From: Opitutales bacterium
GTDB lineage: Bacteria > Verrucomicrobiota > Verrucomicrobiia > Opitutales > Coraliomargaritaceae
Reading direction: 5' to 3'
Assembly (NCBI GenBank): GCA_049598495.1
Contig: JBMYNR010000046.1
Location: 1-10,385 of the forward strand
Length of the DNA: 10,385 nt
Each line of letters opens with the position of its first letter. Position 1 is the stretch's first letter. The position numbers and the translations under genes are program-made. Below are positions 8,243 through 10,385 of the stretch, one piece after another. The notes beneath the pieces were generated by a model, which was given only the letters and a program-made list of their open reading frames with translations, searched no databases and was not told the DNA's origin.

Positions 8243-8365
8243 ACACATAAAACCGACTGCGTCGGGAACCGCTCATCACCACTAATCACACGCTAATCTA
8301 ATCCACAGCATCGAATCGGCCATTGCCGATTCTCATAAGCGGTACTTAGCGGTCAAAAAATGGAT
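8243..8365 (+). repeat. 123-bp duplicated intergenic block containing element copy G (8267-8354)
   Basis: Direct repeat of 6271-6383 with one additional 10-bp unit. Confidence 0.93.
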
Positions 8366-8989
8366 TCCTCTCTGCAACAAATTGATTACGAAGCTTCCTG
8401 CCCTGAATTACCAGAGCCGTTTAAATCTTTAGTCGTGCACGCCGACGAACTGTGGAACCAATTCTGGGCGCAAAAGCTGAACAAACGTTATCCTCGTTAT
8501 ATTGCCAGCGAGCCGGCACAGGTGTATGCCGTGCTTAAACACGTGCGCGATGAGGACCTCGCCTATGGCGATCGTTTCATCGAATGGGGCAGCGGATTCG
8601 GGCTGGCTAGCAGTATGGCTTCCATGCTCGGCTTTGAAGCCACCGGCATCGAACTCGAAGAAGGCCTCGTGAAGATTGCGGAAAAACTCGCCGAAGCCCA
8701 CCAAACGGGTGCTGATTTTATTCACACCAGCTACATCCCTGAAGGTTACATTAGCTACGACCACATCGGCGGCAGCGACATCGTCCCCGACGACAGTTTT
8801 GGCCACCAAGCCGGACCACCCAAATATGAAGGGATGGAGATCGGCTTGGACGAGGTCGATGTCTTCTTCGTCTACCCCTGGCCCGGCGAACAGGAAATGA
8901 TGCTTAAGCTCTTTCAATCCGTCGCCAGCGAAGACGCCCTACTCATCGCCTACCTCGGTGACCGGGAGATCTGTCTGTATCGGCGTTAA
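8360..8989 (+). CDS. Class I SAM-dependent methyltransferase-like protein
   Basis: Motif I-like FIEWGSGFG, acidic beta-2 ATGIELE, and DVFFVYPWPG at the beta-4 position. Substrate unknown. Confidence 0.75.
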   Translation: MDSSLQQIDYEASCPELPEPFKSLVVHADELWNQFWAQKLNKRYPRYIASEPAQVYAVLKHVRDEDLAYGDRFIEWGSGFGLASSMASMLGFEATGIELEEGLVKIAEKLAEAHQTGADFIHTSYIPEGYISYDHIGGSDIVPDDSFGHQAGPPKYEGMEIGLDEVDVFFVYPWPGEQEMMLKLFQSVASEDALLIAYLGDREICLYRR

Positions 8990-9058
8990 ACGCCGAGTTG
9001 ACTGGCTTGCGGGCCTGCGAAATCTCGTGTGCTGTGCTTTAGGTTCGTTATGATTATT

Positions 9059-9106
9059 GCCAGACGGGAGTCTGGCGTTCCCGGGATCGCCAGACTCCCG
9101 TCTGGC
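9059..9106. repeat. 48-bp near-perfect palindrome (two REP-like units back to back)
   Basis: GCCAGACGGGAGTCTGGCGTTCCC|GGGATCGCCAGACTCCCGTCTGGC has one mismatched pair. Each half is itself a hairpin, GCCAGA-N6-TCTGGC. Confidence 0.85.
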
Positions 9107-9126
9107 TAAACACTCAAGCGCTCAGC

Positions 9127-9148
9127 TTGGAGTTCCTCCTTTAGGCCG
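9127..9148 (+). repeat. REP-like unit with TTGGAG head, decayed copy of 87-108
   Basis: TTGGAGTTCCTCCTTTAGGCCG, 20/22 identical to 87-108. Confidence 0.6.
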
Positions 9149-9153
9149 CCTTA

Positions 9154-9230
9154 TCCCTACCCGTTCATAAGCGGTTCCCGCACAGTCGGCCCGGCGCTGC
9201 AGACAACGAAGGCGACACAGACTCACTCTA
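9154..9230 (+). repeat. Direct repeat of at least 77 bp, left of the toxin-antitoxin pair
   Basis: Matches 10308-10385 (window end) with 3 substitutions and a 1-bp indel. Confidence 0.92.
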
Positions 9231-9384
9231 TGCCGCCTTCGAAAAGTATTTAGCTAACACGGAATTACTCAACCAACACAGCCAAAAGGCCCGGATAATG
9301 GCGGAGGCTCTGTTTGATCGAGAAACCACCTACTCCCAATTAGCAGAGTTCATACTCGCAAGTGAGAACAGAAGTCAGAATTAG
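9193..9384 (+). pseudogene. Startless C-terminal fragment resembling a GT-B/GT4 glycosyltransferase
   Basis: Manual translation gives GAADNEGDTDSLYAAFEKYLANTELLNQHSQKARIMAEALFDRETTYSQLAEFILASENRSQN*. There is an in-frame TAG at 9142-9144 and no ATG/GTG/TTG before 9298. The pattern GD..SL..A...L.....L......AR..AE..FDR...Y resembles the GT4 C-terminal helices. Confidence 0.65.
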
Positions 9385-9429
9385 GATCAGCGAGCATAGT
9401 CCTTCCTACCTATGATCACTGCCGAGCCC

Positions 9430-9876
9430 TCAAAGCAATTGATCAATATAATTATCCACCCGTACACACGTCTGCTCCAATGCTGGAATCACTCGCTGGC
9501 AGTAGACAAATAAATCGGGTAGTTGCAGCCCTGCATAGTCGTGCGCAATGCGGTTTCGAACATCCTTCAATTCACGCAACCAATCCACCCCCGGAATTAA
9601 CCCACGAGCCTCCGCACGATTGGCCGTATCCAACAAAGTCCCTGGCTCAATCAGCTCATACCGGTCAATCGCCCGCAAGACACGATTGATCAACAAATCG
9701 ACCACACGCGCAAATCGACTGGTAAACGCCTCCACTTTTTCCAATTCAAGCTCGGACCATTTCCCCGCGCCCGCAACAGAGGAAACCGATTCAATCGAAA
9801 AACTCAAATGCTTCCGCGCATCCAGCAACTCCTGCCGCGCAGACTGTAAAACTGCTGCATATACCGAATCACTCAT
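9430..9876 (-). CDS. HEPN-domain RNase toxin (nucleotidyltransferase substrate-binding family)
   Basis: RNRIAHDY matches the HEPN R-X4-H motif. The protein looks all-helical, and the gene has a 4-bp overlap with the upstream MNT gene. Confidence 0.85.
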   Translation of the reverse strand: MSDSVYAAVLQSARQELLDARKHLSFSIESVSSVAGAGKWSELELEKVEAFTSRFARVVDLLINRVLRAIDRYELIEPGTLLDTANRAEARGLIPGVDWLRELKDVRNRIAHDYAGLQLPDLFVYCQRVIPALEQTCVRVDNYIDQLL

Positions 9877-10160
9877 AGCCGTTCACCTGTCTCCATTGCA
9901 ACCCGAGCAATCGCACTCAGGCCAACACGTTCATTTTCGATGATCAAATCGAGCTTCTGCCAACCAATACGATCCAAGATTTCGCGCCGTATCGGCCAAA
10001 GGTCATCAAAACCAAGCCGATCTGAAAGCACCAACAGATCAATATCGCCCCCACGCGCCTGATCATCCACACGAGAGCCAAACAAGAGAACCCGTGCATC
10101 AGGATCAGCCTTATGGATCGAGTCACGAATTACTTTTTGTTCCTGTTGGGTCAGTCTCAT
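9873..10160 (-). CDS. Minimal nucleotidyltransferase (MNT) antitoxin
   Basis: 95 aa with LFGSRVDDQARGGDIDLLV (GS-X10-DXD) and the third Asp in KLDLII. Confidence 0.9.
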   Translation of the reverse strand: MRLTQQEQKVIRDSIHKADPDARVLLFGSRVDDQARGGDIDLLVLSDRLGFDDLWPIRREILDRIGWQKLDLIIENERVGLSAIARVAMETGERL

Positions 10161-10285
10161 AATTAGGGTATACGATCAACGAACCGCCTCAAAAAAGCAA
10201 GACGCTTACATCCATGCAGGACAGAGCAAGTGGGACGAAGCGCGAGTCGCTTGATGTGAATCATCGGAACCATGTCCTCGGCAAC

Positions 10286-10315
10286 GGATCGGCCCCTTGG
10301 CGATCCTTCCCTACC
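10286..10315 (-). repeat. REP-like palindrome with GTAG head
   Basis: The - strand reads GGTAGGGAAGGATCGCCAAGGGGCCGATCC, with hairpin GGATCG-N9-CGATCC. Confidence 0.55.
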
Positions 10316-10385
10316 CGTTCATAAGCGGTTCCCGCACAGTCGGCCCGGGCGCTGAATACACCGAAGGCGACACAGACTCACTCTA
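10308..10385 (+). repeat. Direct repeat right of the toxin-antitoxin pair (runs off the window end)
   Basis: Copy of 9154-9230; 10348-10385 reads GAEYTEGDTDSL. Confidence 0.92.

Noticed and set aside
3563..8354. CRISPR array or integron attC array interpretation of the repeated elements
   Set aside because: Copies are separated by whole genes rather than 30-40 bp spacers, and no cas genes are present. Only copy A has an RYYYAAC-like start, none ends in GTTRRRY, and no IntI is visible.
9207..9241. Hairpin CGAAGGCG...CGCCTTCG as an intrinsic terminator
   Set aside because: There is no U-tract in the correct position on either strand, and it lies within the glycosyltransferase-like fragment.
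240..10126. Numerous short overlapping or antisense ORFs (e.g. 3120-3578, 6383-6766, 8429-8917, 9548-9943)
   Set aside because: They are shadow frames of well-supported genes and carry no recognisable motifs.

Overview
Bacterial chromosomal segment; the protein style and repeat types suggest Verrucomicrobiota/Opitutae (inference, not verified). The housekeeping genes run on the + strand: dgt dGTPase, a PfkB-family kinase, tmk, a MalY/PatB PLP enzyme, hslR and a SAM methyltransferase-like gene. A putative exported protein is transcribed divergently at the left end. Three accessory modules interrupt this backbone: a GxxExxY PD-(D/E)XK-like nuclease gene, an AAA_14/DUF4143 ATPase gene and an MNT-HEPN toxin-antitoxin pair. 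The main signal is non-coding. Seven same-orientation copies of a structured intergenic element, built from ~10-bp units (NACCRCTNAT x2-3, spacer, ATNAGCGGTN x2-3), fill the gene junctions from 3563 to 8354 and are densest around the GxxExxY gene. Every accessory module is bracketed by direct repeats, several of which include 3' ends of genes: 32 bp of hslR, the stop region of malY, and a startless glycosyltransferase-like C-terminal fragment. A second family with 8-bp units and several REP-like palindromes are also present. No integrase or transposase is visible. The working hypothesis is a repeat-delimited gene-cassette acquisition system acting inside a housekeeping cluster.
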